Shown: positions 47,536 to 57,974 of the stretch, one piece after another
Layout: every line of letters begins with the position of its first letter
How positions within the stretch are numbered: position 1 is the stretch's first letter
Source of the DNA: Syntrophorhabdaceae bacterium
GTDB lineage: Bacteria > Desulfobacterota > Syntrophorhabdia > Syntrophorhabdales > Syntrophorhabdaceae
Direction of reading: 5' to 3'
Length of the DNA stretch: 64,000 nucleotides
NCBI GenBank assembly: GCA_963665295.1
Contig: OY762209.1
Location: 4,832,001 to 4,896,000, forward strand
Notes under the pieces: model-generated
Seen by the model: only the letters and a program-made list of their open reading frames with translations
What the model was told of the DNA's origin: nothing
The model's database searches: none
Translations under genes and position numbers: made by a program

Positions 47536-48285
47536 TTATGTGTTCTTCCACTTGCAGCACTTCCTTTCAAGGACATCGAACGTCTCATAGAGGATAATGC
47601 CGATCATGGAAAGGGAAATAATGCCTACAAACATGGTGGGATAATCCGCCCTGCCCCACGAATCGATAATGTAGAAGCCCAGCCCCTTGCTCGTGCCTAT
47701 GGATTCAACGAAGAATAAGACCGCCACCGATGTGCCCGTCACGATGCGGAGCGACGTGAATATGCCGGGAAGGCTGACGGGCCAGACTACATGGCGGTAA
47801 AAGTCGAAGCGGCTGCCTCCCAGGGATTTCAGGGAATAGACCACCTCCGTATCAATGCTGCGCGCCGCGTCTCTGGTGGTGATAAGGAGCTGGAAGAAGA
47901 TGATCATGGCGATAAGCACGATCTTGCTCGTATCTCCGAGACCGAAAAACACGAAAATGACGGGCATGAGCACGATCTTGGGGATAGGGTATCCGAGATA
48001 GATAAGGGGCGCCACGAGGCGGTCGAACCGGGGGTTGCTCCCGAGAAACAACCCGACGGGGACGGCGGTCACAAATGCAATGAAGAGCCCTGAAAAGATG
48101 CGAAAAGTGCTCGCCCCCACGTGCCCCCAGAAAGGGGGTTCCCCTATTTCCCTGAACCCTTGAGAGAACACCAGGAAGGGATCAGGAAGGAGCGTGCTGC
48201 CCAGCAGGAGAGAAAGGGCATACCAGAGGGCATAGACAAAAATGATCGTACCGCCATATGCGAGAAGTTGCTGATGTCGTTTCAT
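47536..48285 (-). CDS. ABC transporter permease (NitT/TauT/SsuC type)
   Basis: YPIPKIVLMP, EAA-like loop, GLGFYI. Confidence 0.9.
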   Translation of the reverse strand: MKRHQQLLAYGGTIIFVYALWYALSLLLGSTLLPDPFLVFSQGFREIGEPPFWGHVGASTFRIFSGLFIAFVTAVPVGLFLGSNPRFDRLVAPLIYLGYPIPKIVLMPVIFVFFGLGDTSKIVLIAMIIFFQLLITTRDAARSIDTEVVYSLKSLGGSRFDFYRHVVWPVSLPGIFTSLRIVTGTSVAVLFFVESIGTSKGLGFYIIDSWGRADYPTMFVGIISLSMIGIILYETFDVLERKCCKWKNT

Positions 48286-49037
48286 GCGGAGAACTCGAGG
48301 ACCCTTCTCAGTTCGAGGGTCCGCTCAAAAAATTCCGCCTGACTGCGGTAATCGGGATCGCCCGCAGCCGGGTTGTCAAGGACGGCGGTTATGCCTGCCT
48401 TGTTGTCGAGGACCAGGACCCTTCTCCCCATGAAAACGGCCTCATCAAAACTGTGGGTGACTATGATAAAGCTGAATCGTCGCTCCTTGAATACGGCGAG
48501 GAGGCCGTTCTGAAGCCGTTCCCTGGTGAGGGTATCGATGGCGGCAAAGGGTTCGTCGAGGAGGAGCAGACTTGGCCTCAGCAAAATAGCCCTGGCAAGG
48601 GCCACTCTCTGGCGCTGCCCGCCGGAGAGCTGGGCAGGATAGAGATGGTCGAGGTCTTCTATGCCGAGGCCCCTCTTTACCTCCTGCAAATCAGCGCCCG
48701 CGACCTTAATCTTCTGCAATCCGGCCCCGAGAGAGATGTTCGCCCCCACCGTCTTCCACGGGAGGAGCCCGTAGTGCTGCAGGACCAGGGCAATCTTCTT
48801 GCTGGGGCCCGTAACCTCCGCGTCGTCCAGCCACACCGCGCCCTCGGTGGAAGGTAATAACCCCGCGACAATCAGCAGAAGGGTGGTCTTCCCGCAACCC
48901 GACGGTCCTACGATTGCGAGGGAGTCGTGATGCGACAGGCCGAAGCTGATATCCTTGAGCACCGTCTTCGGAGTACCGTTGCTGAAAAAGGTTTTTCCGA
49001 GTCCGCTTACCCTCAGGAGGTCAGGGGAGATAGCCAT
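48282..49037 (-). CDS. ABC transporter ATP-binding protein (NitT/TauT type)
   Basis: GPSGCGKT, LSGGQ and LLLDEPF motifs. Confidence 0.93.
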   Translation of the reverse strand: MAISPDLLRVSGLGKTFFSNGTPKTVLKDISFGLSHHDSLAIVGPSGCGKTTLLLIVAGLLPSTEGAVWLDDAEVTGPSKKIALVLQHYGLLPWKTVGANISLGAGLQKIKVAGADLQEVKRGLGIEDLDHLYPAQLSGGQRQRVALARAILLRPSLLLLDEPFAAIDTLTRERLQNGLLAVFKERRFSFIIVTHSFDEAVFMGRRVLVLDNKAGITAVLDNPAAGDPDYRSQAEFFERTLELRRVLEFSA

Positions 49038-49959
49038 CGGCCACCAACTGCGTGAAAGCTACTTCCCTCTTGATAGTGCCCTTTTGATGAAGCCATCGGG
49101 CCACGTCCGCCACCTGACCGACGGTAGGGAGGGCCGGCTTCGGGAATTGGGGTACCGGGAAGCCCGTCTTCAACTGGTCCGGAATTCTGCACTCACGGTT
49201 CATGATGGCCCGCGCTTCCTCGGGGTGTTTGTTGATATAATCCGACGCCCTCTCCACGGCCTTGAGGAAGGCTTTCACCTTGTCAGGGTGCTTCGCCATA
49301 AACCCTTCGCTAAAGGCAAGCACAGTAGCCGACCAACCTTTTCCCGCTTCGTCCATGACCGCCTTGCCGCCTTTCATCTCCGCAAGGGTGGCAAGGGGCT
49401 CGGGCAGGACCGCCACGGACACCTGGCCCGCGACGAGCATCTGCAAGCGCACCGGTATGTTTTTTATCTCCACCATCTTTACCTGGTTCAAGGGAATACC
49501 CTTGATGGAAAGGAACTTCCCCGTAAGATAATCGAGGACTGTATTCGAACTGACTGCCACCCCTTCTCCGACAACGTCCTTAAGGTCCCTGCCCGCATAC
49601 TTCGGCCCCAGGACAAGGGCGAACATCCTCTGGTTCTTCGTCGAGTTATGGACCACGGCCACTATCCTTATGGGAATCTTGTTGGCCGAAAGGACCATGC
49701 AGGTGAGGATATCACCAAAATATCCGGAGATCTGACCCGAGGTAAAGGCCACGTCCTTTTCCAGGGCGGAGTTAAAAGGGGTAAGTTCCACCGCAACCCC
49801 CTGTTCCTTGAAGAAGCCCTTTTCCGCCGCCACAAAGACCGGCAGGCACTGGATTACAGGCAGGGTGCCGAAGCGGATATCAGGGGCGGCATGGGCGGCG
49901 ACAGGGAGAACAAGGATAGTACCTATGATTAAAAGGATTGCGTATCTCACGAATTTCAT
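49021..49959 (-). CDS. ABC transporter substrate-binding protein (SsuA/THI5-like)
   Basis: Signal peptide, P.FVA.EKGFFKEQG and LPEP motifs; GGAGG RBS. Confidence 0.88.
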   Translation of the reverse strand: MKFVRYAILLIIGTILVLPVAAHAAPDIRFGTLPVIQCLPVFVAAEKGFFKEQGVAVELTPFNSALEKDVAFTSGQISGYFGDILTCMVLSANKIPIRIVAVVHNSTKNQRMFALVLGPKYAGRDLKDVVGEGVAVSSNTVLDYLTGKFLSIKGIPLNQVKMVEIKNIPVRLQMLVAGQVSVAVLPEPLATLAEMKGGKAVMDEAGKGWSATVLAFSEGFMAKHPDKVKAFLKAVERASDYINKHPEEARAIMNRECRIPDQLKTGFPVPQFPKPALPTVGQVADVARWLHQKGTIKREVAFTQLVADGYLP

Positions 49960-50228
49960 GCCTGTCTCCTCCCTCCGGACCCTTTTCCCGGCGGATTGGC
50001 TCCCGTGGTCAAGGAATAGTTCCCCCAAGCCCGACGGTGCTACTTTATCATGAAAAGGCAATGTAATCAAGGTGAAAGCCGTTCTATCGGGGACGCCAGG
50101 CAAAGTGCGTGCGAAACAAAAGCGTTTTAAAGAGCGCCTCCGGTCGGGTTGATAATACCCCCGGCTGTAAGCGGGAACCAGGTGCTGCCGGTGGTGCGGT
50201 CCGGAGCGCCTTGTCTTCGAACTATTTA

Positions 50229-51903
50229 GTCTCCATCCGGAAACCTAACCCCATGAAATATTTGCCCAAATCCCCACATTCCCCTGGAGTTTCGCCCCTC
50301 ATCTGAGGTACAATATGGTTGTAACAAGGCAATATCATTACCTAACGCCTTCAGAAAGGATTCCGGAATGCGCCAGAAATTCAACCCCCAGACAGGTCTC
50401 TTCTCCCCCATGATGCGCCATTCTATTGTAAAGGAGCTTCAGGAGATGTCAAAGGTCATAGACGCCAATCCCCGCCTTCTGGATCTGGTCTTCGGGGATA
50501 TGACCTCCTTCTGTCGCACCGACACGGGAAGAGAGGGGCTCACCGCGGAACAGGTGCTCCGGATCGCCATACTCAAGCAGTACCGCCAACTGACGTATGA
50601 AGAGCTTGCCTTCCACATGGAAGACTCCGACGCACTCCGCAGTTTCGCGAGATTGGAGATGGGACAGTACCCCTCCAAATCGGTCCTTCAGGAGAACATA
50701 AAGGCGATACGGGAAGAAACCTGGGAGGCGATCATTCAGGAAGTAAACCGCTACGCGGTAAAGGAGAAGATAGAATCCGGCCGCGTGGTAAGAGTAGACT
50801 CCACCACGGTGGAGACCAACATCCACCACCCCACCGACTCATCGCTCATCGTGGACGGCATCCGCGTCATTACCCGGTTACTCACCGAAGGGAAGGAGCT
50901 TGCTCCCGTGCCCCGGTATGCCTACAGTGACCATAGGAGAGTAGCCAAGAAGAAGCTCATGACGATCCTCAATGCAAAGAACGACAGAACACGGAAGAGC
51001 GCCTACAAGGACCTCCTCCACTATGCGAATCTCGTGAAGGGATATGCCGAAGAGGCGATCACCGAACTCATCCCCTACGAGGGCGATAATCTCATGGACA
51101 CCTTCGCTGCCCGCGAGCTTGCCCGGAGACTTGAACGCGCCGTGGGCATACTCGGGAAGGTCATCGACCAGACCGACCGGAGAGTCTTCAAGAACGAGAA
51201 GGTCCCCGCCTCCGAGAAGATCGTCTCTTTCTTCGAGGACCACACGGACATCATCGTGAAGGGGAGGAGGGATACCGAGTACGGCCATAAGGTGTTCCTT
51301 ACAGGAGGACGCTCCACCATGATCATCGGGTGTCTCATCGTCCCGGGCAACCCCGCTGATACCGACCAGTATCAATCCCTCCTTGAGCAGCATAAGGAGT
51401 GGTACGGGAAGATGCCTCGCCAAGTGACGGCCGACGGGGGCTTTGCCTCAAAAGAGAACCTCGCCTATGCGAAGGAGAACCATATCAAGGATGCCGTCTT
51501 CGCCAGAAAGAGGGGGCTCTCCATCCTCGACATGGCAAAGAGCACCTGGGTCTACAAGAAGCTCAGGAACTTCCGGGCGGGCATTGAAGCAGGCATCTCC
51601 ACATTGAAACGGTCCTTCGGCCTTGACCGGGCGACGTGGACAGGATGGGAAGGGTTTGCCCGGTACGTGCTCTCCAGTATCGTCTCCTACAATCTTCTCG
51701 TCATCGCCCGCATCAGGATGGCCTCATGATGAGAGAAGACTATTTTCTCAAGGGGACAAGGGTGAGCTACGCCCTGACTCTGGGGAAAACGGGCCCGATG
51801 GAGTGAAATCCGAAAAGGGATGACGGAATCACCGGACGGCTGAGCGCCCACCCTGGCAATAGACCGGGGGCTTGCTCGAAAATGGGGGTTTCCGGATGGA
51901 GAC
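50229..51903 (+). mobile_element. Intact insertion sequence (ISNCY/IS5-like DDE)
   Basis: 17-bp perfect terminal IRs GTCTCCATCCGGAAACC (50229-50245, 51887-51903); TATTTA duplicated at 50223-50228 and 51904-51909. Confidence 0.92.
50368..51729 (+). CDS. DDE transposase
   Basis: DSTTVETNIHHPTDS, ADGGF and FRAGIEAGISTLKR motifs. Confidence 0.93.
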   Translation: MRQKFNPQTGLFSPMMRHSIVKELQEMSKVIDANPRLLDLVFGDMTSFCRTDTGREGLTAEQVLRIAILKQYRQLTYEELAFHMEDSDALRSFARLEMGQYPSKSVLQENIKAIREETWEAIIQEVNRYAVKEKIESGRVVRVDSTTVETNIHHPTDSSLIVDGIRVITRLLTEGKELAPVPRYAYSDHRRVAKKKLMTILNAKNDRTRKSAYKDLLHYANLVKGYAEEAITELIPYEGDNLMDTFAARELARRLERAVGILGKVIDQTDRRVFKNEKVPASEKIVSFFEDHTDIIVKGRRDTEYGHKVFLTGGRSTMIIGCLIVPGNPADTDQYQSLLEQHKEWYGKMPRQVTADGGFASKENLAYAKENHIKDAVFARKRGLSILDMAKSTWVYKKLRNFRAGIEAGISTLKRSFGLDRATWTGWEGFARYVLSSIVSYNLLVIARIRMAS

Positions 51904-51996
51904 TATTTAAGAATTACAAAGCGCGACCGAAGATATGAGAAAGGGTGAAAGTATCAGGTCCCAAACCTAGCCCGAATCAATCAAGGAGGTTTTATA

Positions 51997-52455
51997 ATGA
52001 GAAAGGTTCTTGCGAGCCTATTAACGGCAGTCTTCTTTGTCCTTTGTTCGGTCTTCACAGTTCATGCTTATACGCTTGATGACGCAAAAGCGCTGGTTGA
52101 GAAGGCGGATGCCTATTTGAAGGCGAACGGAAAAGATAAGGCGATTGCCGAGTTCAACAACCCCAAGGGACAGTTCGTAAAGGGCGACTTGTACATAATC
52201 GCTCAGGACTACGATGGGGTAATGCTTGCAAACGGAGGGAATCCCAAGCTCCAAGGTCAAAACCATCTGGGATTGAAGGATTCGAGCGGCAAGGCGTTTG
52301 TCAAAGAGATGATTGAGGTGTCGAAAACCAAAGGCAGCGGCACGGTCGAGTATAACTGGACCAATCCCGTGACCAAGAAAATCCAGCCCAAAGTGACATA
52401 TCTCAAGAAGGTGGAGGGCGGGAATTTCTATATCGGCTGCGGCTACTTCAAATAA
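51997..52455 (+). CDS. Stand-alone secreted single-Cache domain protein
   Basis: Signal peptide; FN.PKG.FVKGDLY, D..GK.F and G.VEY.WTNP.T..I.PK motifs. Confidence 0.85.
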   Translation: MRKVLASLLTAVFFVLCSVFTVHAYTLDDAKALVEKADAYLKANGKDKAIAEFNNPKGQFVKGDLYIIAQDYDGVMLANGGNPKLQGQNHLGLKDSSGKAFVKEMIEVSKTKGSGTVEYNWTNPVTKKIQPKVTYLKKVEGGNFYIGCGYFK

Positions 52456-52461
52456 GAGATG

Positions 52462-52488
52462 AGGGGAGAGGACGCCCTCCTCTCCCCT
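52462..52488. terminator. Hairpin between convergent Cache and TPR genes
   Basis: AGGGGAGAGG ... CCTCTCCCCT. Confidence 0.6.
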
Positions 52489-52550
52489 GTCAAGCCCCGG
52501 TCAGATCATGTGAGTTGCTTCCTGTCTATGCTTTATCTGCCTATTTCCCC

Positions 52551-53648
52551 TCAAAGTCCCTTCTGTAGATTGACCAGCAGTCTATTGACGACCTCTGAAT
52601 GGGGGGAATGGAGTGTCTTAAATAGTTCCAGTGACTTCTGGTACATCTCTTCGGCTCTGTCGATATCTCCCCTGGTCTTGTACAGGATTCCGAGGTTACC
52701 GTAATCACTTGCCATGTTCTCTTTGTGTCCGAGGGCTGCGTTGATAGCCAAGGCCTTCTGGTACACTTTTTCGCCCATGTCAATGTCGCCCTTGGTCATA
52801 TACAGGATTCCGAGGTTATCGTAGTGCTTTGCCAGACCCTCTTTCCGTCCGAGGGCTGCATTGATGGCGAGGGCTTTCCGGTACATCTCTTCAGCCCGGT
52901 CAATGTCGCCTCTGGTCTTATACAGGATTCCGAGGTTACCGTATTGTTTTGCCAGCCCCTCTTTGCGTCCGAGCTCTTCATTGATGGCTATCGACTTCCG
53001 GTACATCTCCTCGGCCCGGTCAAGGTCGCCCAGGTTTTTGTACAGTATCCCGAGGTTACCGCATTGTCTTGCCATCCCTTCCTTGCACCCTACCGCTTCG
53101 CTGATGGCGAGCGCCTTTCTGCACATCTCTTCGGCCCGGTCAAGGTCGCCCTGGTTCCTATACAGGAATCCGAGATTGCTGTAAGCAGCGGCAGTGTCCG
53201 GCGATTTCCTGTCAGGGTCGCTCAAGGCCACCTGTCTCTCCAAAACATCCGATGCAGAGGACGAATCGCCTGTTTGATAAAAGAACTCATAGGCCAGTTG
53301 CAGGATGTGAACATTCGCAGTATCGGAAAGTACCTGGACAAATCTTTGCCTTGCAAGCTCCCGCAGGCCCTCTTTGGCAAGACTTGCCGCTTCTTCCGCC
53401 GCCTGCAATTGCAGTGATTCAGTTCTCAGGCGCGCCGCTTCGACCTCTCCTCCTGTCTCCTCAGCAACCCGGGCTTGACGGGACGTTTCTTCCCTTGCCT
53501 CATTTACCGCCTGTATTGCGTGCAACGGCAAGGCAACCGGGTCGCCTGCTTTATCAGCATTGCTAAGCTCTCCCTTCGCATATGTACGAAGATGAAGATC
53601 GGTCGTATCGACTAAAGTCTTTTCGCTATCATCGGATTTCATCGCCAA
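52551..53648 (-). CDS. TPR-repeat protein (five 40-aa repeats)
   Basis: Repeated YGNLGILYKTRGDIDRAEEMYRKALAI units. Confidence 0.85.
   Translation of the reverse strand: MAMKSDDSEKTLVDTTDLHLRTYAKGELSNADKAGDPVALPLHAIQAVNEAREETSRQARVAEETGGEVEAARLRTESLQLQAAEEAASLAKEGLRELARQRFVQVLSDTANVHILQLAYEFFYQTGDSSSASDVLERQVALSDPDRKSPDTAAAYSNLGFLYRNQGDLDRAEEMCRKALAISEAVGCKEGMARQCGNLGILYKNLGDLDRAEEMYRKSIAINEELGRKEGLAKQYGNLGILYKTRGDIDRAEEMYRKALAINAALGRKEGLAKHYDNLGILYMTKGDIDMGEKVYQKALAINAALGHKENMASDYGNLGILYKTRGDIDRAEEMYQKSLELFKTLHSPHSEVVNRLLVNLQKGL
52614..53192 (-). repeat. 120-bp period coding tandem repeat
   Basis: TACAGGATTCCGAGGTTA-like units at 52681, 52801, 52921, 53041 and 53161. Confidence 0.85.
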
Positions 53649-54051
53649 AGTTCCCTCCTGACATTGATGTTCATTTCACGTGCTTTTCCGGTCATCTTTA
53701 TGAGAATGGTTCCCACTCACGTCTCCACTGCCCCTGTCCTTGATCCACCTTTCTCATCTTGCATAGAAAACCAAAAAAGGCAGCACTACGCAATCAGGGG
53801 TAGCCTGTTTTAGTCATGGGTGATACCATACCTTTGCCATAGGGGATCCCCCGATGGGGGATGGAGGGAAACGGGAGCGATGAAATGACCGCCCCACGAC
53901 CGGCGGAACACCCTTGATGGGCAATTGCGGTAATGCCTGAAAGCGCGCATCCGGGGCAGAAGTGCTATGGGGGGACTTCGCGGAGGGACCGCCGGTCTCA
54001 GGTATCAGCCGAAGAAACACGGGTCCTCGCGACACCGCAGACGACCGGAGT

Positions 54052-54810
54052 TCACCTTGAAACAACGGCCTCCGCTCCTGCGCCGTTCTCGTTGACCTGT
54101 CTCTCTTCTTTCAACGCGTACCTTTCATCCAGTACGAACTCGGCCAAAACACCCTTGCCGGCTCTGCGAGAAATACGTAGGGTGAAACGAATTCGATTGT
54201 TTCCTGTGGGTTTGTCTTTGACACAGTTCCGTAAATTGTCCGGGGCACGATAGAGCGCCGGCTTCCCGCTTCTCAGACCCCGTATCTTGCCGCTAAGGAC
54301 AAATTGCCATGATCCGACGTCCTTGATCAGTTGCCGGTATTCAGCAACACCGATTGAGTTGAATGAAAAGGAGTATTTGTTGCTCAAGGGCTGTTCCGCG
54401 ATTGCAAGCGTGGGGACTCCCGCATCGTCGGATAGGATATTACCCTTATTCCCTTGTAAGGCGGCCAGGCGACGAAGGTCTCCGCCCGAGGACAACACGG
54501 ATAGCAATTCGGCAAATCCGTCTTCCGGGAAGATCGTGAGAACCCTGCTTGATTCATCATAAGAATGATCAGCCCTTCCCTGGTAGCTATACCGTACGGT
54601 AGAGCCGCATATCTTCCCCGCATCCTCCGCCGGTGCATAATACCACCAGTTAATACTCTTGTAGAGCAATGTCTCGTGCCCATCCAGAAAGTATCTTTCA
54701 CTTGCCCATACTTGCGGGCCGACAAACAACAGAAAGAACAGGCAGACGCAAATGGCGGCAATGGCTTTCCCGCCCAAAATCAGACCAGTGTCCTGATGAT
54801 CACTCTGCAA
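54052..54810 (-). CDS. Hypothetical exported protein
   Basis: N-terminal hydrophobic signal; start codon uncertain. Confidence 0.55.
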   Translation of the reverse strand: MQSDHQDTGLILGGKAIAAICVCLFFLLFVGPQVWASERYFLDGHETLLYKSINWWYYAPAEDAGKICGSTVRYSYQGRADHSYDESSRVLTIFPEDGFAELLSVLSSGGDLRRLAALQGNKGNILSDDAGVPTLAIAEQPLSNKYSFSFNSIGVAEYRQLIKDVGSWQFVLSGKIRGLRSGKPALYRAPDNLRNCVKDKPTGNNRIRFTLRISRRAGKGVLAEFVLDERYALKEERQVNENGAGAEAVVSR

Positions 54811-54846
54811 ACGACCATCTCCGATCGGGCCGTATGCACATTCCTG

Positions 54847-55359
54847 TCACCGTCTTGCGTTGCGAACAGGACGAACCGCCATGACAAACCCTTCGCTATG
54901 GGCATCTACCTCACCGTTCATGAAATCAACGTAGTAAAAGAGGGTGGGCAATTTGTCCATCCTGGTGGCGCTCCAATATTGAGATCCCTTGTCCGATCTT
55001 TTTACATCCGGAAATACTGCGGAATCTATGGCAGGTTTCGAACATTCTCTTTCAACGATGCCCTGCAGTTCTTCAATGGTTGGAATGCGCCACCCCTTGC
55101 CGAGCTTTTGCACATGTCCCCTGGCCTCCTCAAGGGTCATCGCCTTTGGTGCGCCGATGCACCCCATTCCCTTTTTCCATGCAGTTCCGAGGCTGCAGCG
55201 GCTCCAAATCAATTCTGTTGTCAAATCAAGTGCTTCACCCCCGGTGAGCTTGAACCGTGCCGTGGGAGCATTCCCGGACCCGGGCGCGTGGCAGTCACCA
55301 AATGCAAAACCCGGGTAAAGCAGCAGAAAAATGACAAGACATGCCATGGGTCGTACCAT
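54847..55359 (-). CDS. DUF1566 / Lcl C-terminal domain secreted protein
   Basis: D..TELIWSRC, GWRIPTIEEL, YWSAT and VR.VR motifs. Confidence 0.85.
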   Translation of the reverse strand: MVRPMACLVIFLLLYPGFAFGDCHAPGSGNAPTARFKLTGGEALDLTTELIWSRCSLGTAWKKGMGCIGAPKAMTLEEARGHVQKLGKGWRIPTIEELQGIVERECSKPAIDSAVFPDVKRSDKGSQYWSATRMDKLPTLFYYVDFMNGEVDAHSEGFVMAVRPVRNARR

Positions 55360-55375
55360 GGGACCCCTCCGGGGA

Positions 55376-56251
55376 TTACCGGTTTATGAAGATGTCGGTT
55401 ATGGAGAAGACAAAGAACAGGATGCTCACCATGCCGTTTACGGTGAAGAATGCCGTGTTGATCCTTGCCAGACCGTACCTCCTCACAGTCAGGTGTTCAT
55501 AGAAGAGGAAGGCTGAGATGAGGGCAAGGCCACCATAATAGAGAGCCCCCATCTTTCCCGCAACGCCCGCGAAGACAAAGATCGACATGGTGAGGACGTG
55601 GAGCATTGCAGTGATAGTGAGTGACCGTTTGACGCCGAAGCGGACCGGGATGGACGCGAGCCCTTCCCTTCTGTCGAATTCAACATCCTGAAGGGCATAG
55701 ATTATATCGAAACCCGCGACCCAGAATGTCACGCCCAGGCAGAGGAGAACGCTTACAAGAGGGACTTCTTCCGATACCGCAACCCACACCCCCATGGGAC
55801 TCAGGCCCAGGCTCAGACCCAGGATGAAGTGGGAAAGCCAGGTAAACCTCTTGAGAAAAGAATAGCCGAAAAGTACGGGCAATACGGTAAAGGAAAGGAG
55901 AAACGCGACCCTGTTGAGCATCCAGGCACAGAAGAGAAAAAGTATGGACATGAAGATGGTGAAGACCCACGCCTCCCTCACGCTCACCTTTCCCGACTGA
56001 AGTGGCCTGCCGCTCGTCCGCGGGTTCTTCAGGTCATAGGTATAATCGACAATCCTGTTGAAGGCCATGCTCGCGCTCCTGGCCGAAACCATGCACGCGA
56101 TGATCCAGCAGGTCTTCGTCACTTCCGGGGCGCCGCCGTAGACCATGAAAAGGGCCATCATGGCGAAGGGGAGCGCGAAGATGCTGTGCTCGAATTTTAT
56201 AAGCTCGATGATGCCTGTGATCCTTCCGCCTACAGCCCTAACTGACTCCAT
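55376..56251 (-). CDS. UbiA-family prenyltransferase (MqnP-like)
   Basis: IKFEHSIFALPFA, RSASMAFNRIVD...D.KNPRT.GRP and AGFDIIYALQD motifs. Confidence 0.85.
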   Translation of the reverse strand: MESVRAVGGRITGIIELIKFEHSIFALPFAMMALFMVYGGAPEVTKTCWIIACMVSARSASMAFNRIVDYTYDLKNPRTSGRPLQSGKVSVREAWVFTIFMSILFLFCAWMLNRVAFLLSFTVLPVLFGYSFLKRFTWLSHFILGLSLGLSPMGVWVAVSEEVPLVSVLLCLGVTFWVAGFDIIYALQDVEFDRREGLASIPVRFGVKRSLTITAMLHVLTMSIFVFAGVAGKMGALYYGGLALISAFLFYEHLTVRRYGLARINTAFFTVNGMVSILFFVFSITDIFINR

Positions 56252-57666
56252 ATCCCGTCAATCCTCTTTATCGTTTCTTCGTCCATCACCGCACGTGCGG
56301 GCCAGGGCCGGTTAAGTCCCTCTTCCTTCAATTTCTTTGTGGCATCGATGCCCATCTTGCCCCCGAACCCTTCCTGGAGTGAGGCATGATCGAGGATGTC
56401 GGTGGGCCCCTTCTTTATGACCACGTCCCGCAAGGGGTCTATGTTGCTTCCAAGGTGAAAGAGCACCTCCTGAAGGTCGTGGACGTCCACATCGCGGTCG
56501 AACACGACGATTACCTTCATCACCGACATCTGTCCGAGCCCCCAGAGACTGTCCATTACCTTGTAGGCCTGCCCGGGATATCTTTTATCGATGGAAACGA
56601 AGGCAAAATTATGGAAAACCCCTGCCTCCGGAAGTTCTATATCCCGTATCTCGGGGATCACGAATTTCATAAGAGGCAGAAAAAGTTTCTCCGTCAGTTT
56701 CCCGATGATCACATCCTCCAGGGGCGGCCATCCTACCGCAGTAGAGGTATACACCGGGTCCTGGTTCAGGGTGATGGCCTGAACGTTAAAAATGGGAAAC
56801 GGCCGTTCCGGGGTATAGTAGCCGGTATGGTCGCCGAAAGGACCTTCCACAAAAGACTCGCCTTCCTCTATGTAGCCTTCTAGTACAATCTGGCTCTCCG
56901 CAGGCACGTTGATGTCCACGGTTTTACATTTCACCGTCTCAACGGACCGGTCCATCAGCAAGCCCGCGAGGAGAAGCTCGCTCACGTCCGGCGGCAGGGG
57001 CGCGGTTGCGGAATAGATTACCGCCGGTTCACACCCGATGGCGCACGCCGCCTCCAGCCTTTTCCCGCTTTCCTTTGCCCGCTGGTAATGGACGTCACCC
57101 CCCTTCGAGGGGTGCCAGTGCATTGCCGTCCTTGTCCTGTCTATAATCTGCATCCTGTACATGCCGAGATTCTGTTTGCCCGTAAAGGGGTCCTTCGTGA
57201 TCACCACGGGCAGGGTGATAAACCTTCCCGCGTCGTCAGGCCACGATTTCATGACGGGTAATGCGTTAAGGTCGATGTTTCCGCCTTCGAGGACGCGTTG
57301 CTGACAGGCGCCCTTTTTCACGGTCTTGGGCAGTATACCCGCAAAATCCTTCAGTTTCCACAAGGCCCGCGCCTTGTCGATCAAGCCCGTGGGCTGCCCC
57401 ATTTCAAGGAGAGGCTCGATCCTGCCGAGTAATTCCTTCTCCGATGTGACACCGAATATATCCCACACCCGTTCCCAGGTCCCGAACATGTTTATCAGGA
57501 GGGGAAACCGCGTGTCCAATACGTTTTCAAAAAGGAGGGCCGGGCCCTTCTCACGGAAGACCCTTCGGCATATCTCCGTAATCTCCAGGTCCCTGCTTAC
57601 GGGCTGGTGGATTCTTTTGAGAACGCCCTTGCCTTCCCATAGTTTGATGAGGCTCTTTAAATCCAT
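56230..57666 (-). CDS. ubiD: UbiD-family prFMN-dependent decarboxylase (menaquinone biosynthesis type)
   Basis: GPALLFEN, NLGMYRMQ, EGPFGDHTGYY and GGKMGIDATKK motifs. Confidence 0.9.
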   Translation of the reverse strand: MDLKSLIKLWEGKGVLKRIHQPVSRDLEITEICRRVFREKGPALLFENVLDTRFPLLINMFGTWERVWDIFGVTSEKELLGRIEPLLEMGQPTGLIDKARALWKLKDFAGILPKTVKKGACQQRVLEGGNIDLNALPVMKSWPDDAGRFITLPVVITKDPFTGKQNLGMYRMQIIDRTRTAMHWHPSKGGDVHYQRAKESGKRLEAACAIGCEPAVIYSATAPLPPDVSELLLAGLLMDRSVETVKCKTVDINVPAESQIVLEGYIEEGESFVEGPFGDHTGYYTPERPFPIFNVQAITLNQDPVYTSTAVGWPPLEDVIIGKLTEKLFLPLMKFVIPEIRDIELPEAGVFHNFAFVSIDKRYPGQAYKVMDSLWGLGQMSVMKVIVVFDRDVDVHDLQEVLFHLGSNIDPLRDVVIKKGPTDILDHASLQEGFGGKMGIDATKKLKEEGLNRPWPARAVMDEETIKRIDGIWSQLGL

Positions 57667-57974
57667 ATTTCTCTTCCTCGATCCGGGCGGATTGATTATC
57701 GGGCGCCCGCGAGCGCCCTTTTTCCGTCGTCCTTGATATACCACCACGAATTTTAAGGGAAAATCAACAGAAAAACATAGCAGGGCGATCTCGCCGGAGC
57801 AGTGACGGCGTCCGGGCCCATGGGGCCCTCCCGGCTATCTCTATGCTTTTTACGCCCTTACCGCCTTCCAATCTGGTATAATGAACCATAACATACGTGG
57901 CAACGCCCTTGAGGGGGCGCATGCAGGAGGAAGGGCCGGAAATGGCGGGGAACGATGTGAAGGGCAAGGAAAGA

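Noticed and set aside
52614..55359. CRISPR array or diversity-generating retroelement
   Set aside because: The 120-bp periodicity is coding TPR repeats; there are no spacers, cas genes or reverse transcriptase in the window.
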